Shown here: in pieces, positions 61,046-64,000 of the stretch
Position numbering within the stretch: the first letter of the stretch is position 1
Layout: each line of letters opens with the position of its first letter
Assembly (NCBI GenBank): GCA_964036045.1
Contig: OZ038378.1
Location: forward strand, 86,800,001-86,864,000
Direction: 5' to 3'
DNA from: Eutreptiella sp. 'Long Island Sound 2002'
Taxonomy: Eukaryota; Protista; Euglenida
DNA: 64,000 nucleotides
The notes under the pieces: model-generated
The model's input: only the letters and a program-made list of their open reading frames with translations
Database searches by the model: none
Told to the model about the DNA's origin: nothing
Program-made: the position numbers and the translations under genes

Positions 61046-61548
61046 GGTGACCTGAAAATTGCTATGCGGCGGGGGGTTGACATGAACACCCGCCGAAGGA
61101 GGGGTGGGGGGGGTTTGGAGAAATGGACATCCGTGCCGGGCCCCTTAACAAGGGGGAATTTTTGTAGGTTTGTTTGAAAATCACCTCGAAGAGAGGTTGT
61201 GAGATCAAGCGCTGGATATCAGTTTTTTGAGGGGGGTGGGGGGGTGGTGTTTTTGGGGGGGGGTCAAAAGTTTTTGCTCAGAAGCGTCCAAGGAATGGGG
61301 ACGCAATTAGGCGACACACAGCTGCTGGTGGAATGGTAACGCAGCCGACGGACAGTTTTCGGTCGGCGGTTCGAATCCTGGTCGGCTGATTTTTAGCGGC
61401 GGCGGCGGCGGTGTAAAATTCGCCCTACCGGGGTTTGAACCGCCGAGCAAAAAGGCTCCAGTCGGCTGCACTGCCACTCGGCCATTGCTTGGTCTGAACC
61501 TAAGGGTCTCCCCACTGCTTGGGGCCTCATCTGCCACTGACAAAAAAC
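61046..61548. mobile_element. Same MITE, copy 3, truncated by the downstream element
   Basis: Matches copies 1 and 2 up to CACTGACAAAAAAC, then the similarity stops abruptly. Confidence 0.88.
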
Positions 61549-64000
61549 TTAGGCGGCTCTATACGCACGTGGACTTTGTTGCTAAAACGCACGATTCATG
61601 GCGATTTCAACATCCGTTTTTTGCACCTAAAAAAAAGCATATCATTTTTTCGGCCAACCCCACGTGGATTTTCATTGTGGGATACAACAACCTTGCCTTT
61701 TGTTGCTTCCAGAGGTGTACGTATACACCCCCTATTCCAGGCTCAAAATTGTATCATTTAAAATTTTTGGGCACTGCAGTGCCCAAAAATTTGAAATGGC
61801 TTTTTTCAGTGGGTTCTCCAGTACACCTCTGTAGTCATCTCCACAGGTGATGTCATACTGCAGCAGCATGCATCAAACCTTGGCATACCCGTTATCCATG
61901 GGTCATCGCACCGCGGAGTTATACTCGGAAGGCCACGTACAATGTACCTTGCCCAATCAATTCCATTCCTATCCAAATGTGCACTTGAAAATGGACTTCC
62001 AGTACTTTTGGGCACTGCAGTGTCCAAAAAAATGAAAACTCCGTATTTCACTCCTATTGGTTCCCATTGGGTAACACGTGACAAAGGACGTATGAATCAT
62101 CGGACGTTGGTACTCATCCTCTGCTCATTGGAAATATATTGCCGGTTGTCTGACTGCCACCTTGGAGTGTACCCAGGCTTTGGAACGTCCCACGTCCATT
62201 GGGGGATACATTGTTTGGATCTTCGCTAGCTGTTTTTGGTCTATGCCGCATCAGGTTTGTTTTGTGATGGTGCCTCTGTTTTCTTTGTCCCCTTACCTTT
62301 GCTGCCTGCGAACAGGACTTTTGTCCATGGATGCGGCTCCCTTCCGGCAGTTCCTTAGTTCGAAGGTATATGCTTCAAAGGAGGATCTATCTGAGGCTGT
62401 GGGTGTGGATAAGGGTGCCGATGCGTTTTGTACGTGGGTGTTAGATCTCCGGTTGGAGTGGAGAAGTAGGCGGTCTGTTGGTTAATACATCCAACAAAGG
62501 GACAGACGGACCGTTAATTGTCTGCCGGACCAATGGTTCCGTGTTGCTGAGCAAGAGATTTTTAATATATGGTCTGTTCTACAGAAGAGGTGTCGTCCAC
62601 GTGCCAAGAGGGCTGTAGGTGTTCAACCCAAGAGTCGTGTGCAACGTAGGTGTTTGGCTCACATGGGTCAATGTTCTTACAATGTACCCTCCTTTGCTGT
62701 TCAAGGAGCAACTGCGTGCACCAGTCTTTGGCAGACCTTGGAAGGTAAACCCGCTGTTCTATGGTTTGATAATTTTCATAGACGTAACTTCCGGCCTGTG
62801 CCTGGTAATGAGAACCGGTCCCTTAATTGTACAGCTGGTGCTATCATACTCTTGAAACGACCTGTCGACATTATGCCGTCTTTTCCTAGCCTCTCCGTCT
62901 TGCGGCAGAGGATTGGGTACACTGCAGATTTGTTGGTGCGGAGCCATAAAAACTTCATTGATGGCTTGCAAGGGTTGATGGACGACCCCATCCGCCTTCA
63001 ACATGTTCGTTGTCCCTTGGACATACGACGGGATAATGTTACCAGCCCAGCTTGGACCCCCTTTTTTCTCACAGACCTAACTGTGTCCGCTACCCCCGAC
63101 CTTGTCTCTATTATTCACGGGCTCCAGGAGGTGCAGCAGCACACACAGCACCGTCTTCCATTGTTGGTCGACGAAAATATTCACTACCGTGTCCTTAAGC
63201 TCGTTTACAGCATCAGCTATGCTCGGTACAACCTGCCCCTGTTCATTACACGTACCCCGGTAGTGTACGGCACATGGCACCCATATGAATATTGTGTAAC
63301 CCTCTGCTATAGAAGATTCTTCCCTTTATTTACCTATTTTTCCTATGGTTCACTCAATTTGGGCACTGCAGTGCCCAACTTTCCGAAACTCATCTATATG
63401 GAGCGTATGATTCTGGTGCTCTTGCACTTGGCCCATAAGTGGCGCCAACCTTTGGAACAAAAGTTACAGACTCTAAGGGGTTTGCACCGACCGGGTAACG
63501 CTAATCACAGCACACTTCTTACACAGGTGCAAGGGTTGGTAACACTGCTGTATGGTTACATTCCAGCCTTGTTTATTATTGCGTCGTAAGTAAGGGATTG
63601 TCATTGGTCTGCTCAGGGAGAGCATCACGCTGCAGGGCCATTGTTGAGCCGTTGTCTACCTGTCCTTCTGAGGCTCACCCTAGGTTATGAGGACAAGGTT
63701 GAATATGTGCGCACCATTGTTGTTGCTAGGCTGTTGTGGTCCCAGTGGTTTGCCCGCTTACCTGGGGTGGCACACAGTGAGGAACCGTGTGAGGCCCTGT
63801 TAAGCCGTGTTGTGCACTTAATGGCACAACACCGTGGGAACTGTACGTTGCAACAGGTGCATGACCTGTTTATACTCACTCCCGTTGCAAACCAGACCCC
63901 AAAGGACCTGCAGTACGTTAATGTTCCCAAGGGACTGCCACAACTGGTTGATCGTGGTTTCACCAGATTGATGGCGCGATTCGATGTTGGTGTTATACCC
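61549..64000 (+). mobile_element. 5' part of a putative Academ-like DNA transposon inserted into MITE copy 3
   Basis: Sharp junction after 61548; new sequence starts (T)TAGGCGGCTCTATACG; contains palindrome allele C and a transposase-like frame running off the window. Confidence 0.6.
62162..64000 (+). pseudogene. Putative DDE-type transposase (Academ/DUF6589-like motif order) with two in-frame TAA stops; 3'-partial
   Basis: One frame from 62162 to the window end with stops only at 62483-85 and 63587-89. Motifs in order: LAHMGQCSY, VLWFDNF, LLVDEN, VVYGTWH, EEPCEALL. Confidence 0.6.

Larger units (their letters stand above)
42020..61548. repeat. ~47-bp satellite (GGGGCAGTGGGCAGTGGAACTCCTGCAATGCACTGCCTCACTGCCT) with non-satellite islands and higher-order repeats
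   Basis: Period of 47 measured at 51821-51868 and 60070-60117; diverged monomers dominate about 19.5 kb; islands at ~44.7-46.3, 46.9-48.2, 56.5-57.25, 58.6-59.36 and 61.05-61.55 kb. Confidence 0.97.

Noticed and set aside
56812-61491. Genuine tRNA genes
   Set aside because: A and B boxes are present, but acceptor, T and anticodon stems do not pair canonically and internal T-runs occur.
42020-61548. Numerous Cys/His/Trp-rich ORFs up to ~300 aa
   Set aside because: They are translations of the 47-bp satellite in all frames and on both strands, with no coding signal.
42020-61548. RAG/Transib recombination-signal heptamers
   Set aside because: The satellite heptamer is CACTGCC, not CACAGTG, and there is no nonamer or 12/23 spacing.
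62483-63589. Stop-codon reassignment explaining the two in-frame TAA codons
   Set aside because: One TAA aligns to Leu (TTA) in the homologue, and other elements here show mixed stops plus frameshifts, so ordinary decay is sufficient.

Overview
Repeat-saturated eukaryotic DNA that looks heterochromatic. A euglenozoan (euglenid-like) origin is plausible but only inferred. No clearly intact host gene is recognisable. Left to right: (1) 1-~7.97 kb, the 3' half of a putative DNA transposon. It encodes the C-terminal half of a DDE-like protein and an intron-containing ParB/Srx-like gene, studded with about 20 copies of the palindrome (CT)GGGCTCTGCAGAGCCC(AG), mostly paired 69-70 bp apart. (2) 8-16 kb, degenerate transposase-like sequence, a (GA)n tract, a ~40-bp minisatellite, a ~0.95-kb duplication and G/C-run repeats. 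(3) 16.3-20.24 kb, a decayed tyrosine-recombinase retrotransposon in Gag-YR-RT-RNaseH order with split direct repeats. (4) 20.2-27 kb, a 1.04-kb tandem repeat with a foldback and a pogo-type transposase pseudogene; this block carries a second palindrome allele, TGGGAGCTGCAGCTCCCA. (5) 34-42 kb, a second YR fragment and non-LTR retrotransposon fragments. (6) 42-61.5 kb, a ~47-bp hairpin satellite with higher-order repeats and three copies of a 713-bp MITE (CTA target duplication) carrying convergent tRNA-like A/B-box units. (7) 61.55-64 kb, the 5' half of a second DNA transposon whose protein is homologous to that at the window start, carrying a third allele, TGGGCACTGCAGTGCCCA. The most striking unexplained signal is this three-allele palindrome family, TGGG-NN-CTGCAG-N'N'-CCCA, with compensatory changes, each allele confined to its own block.
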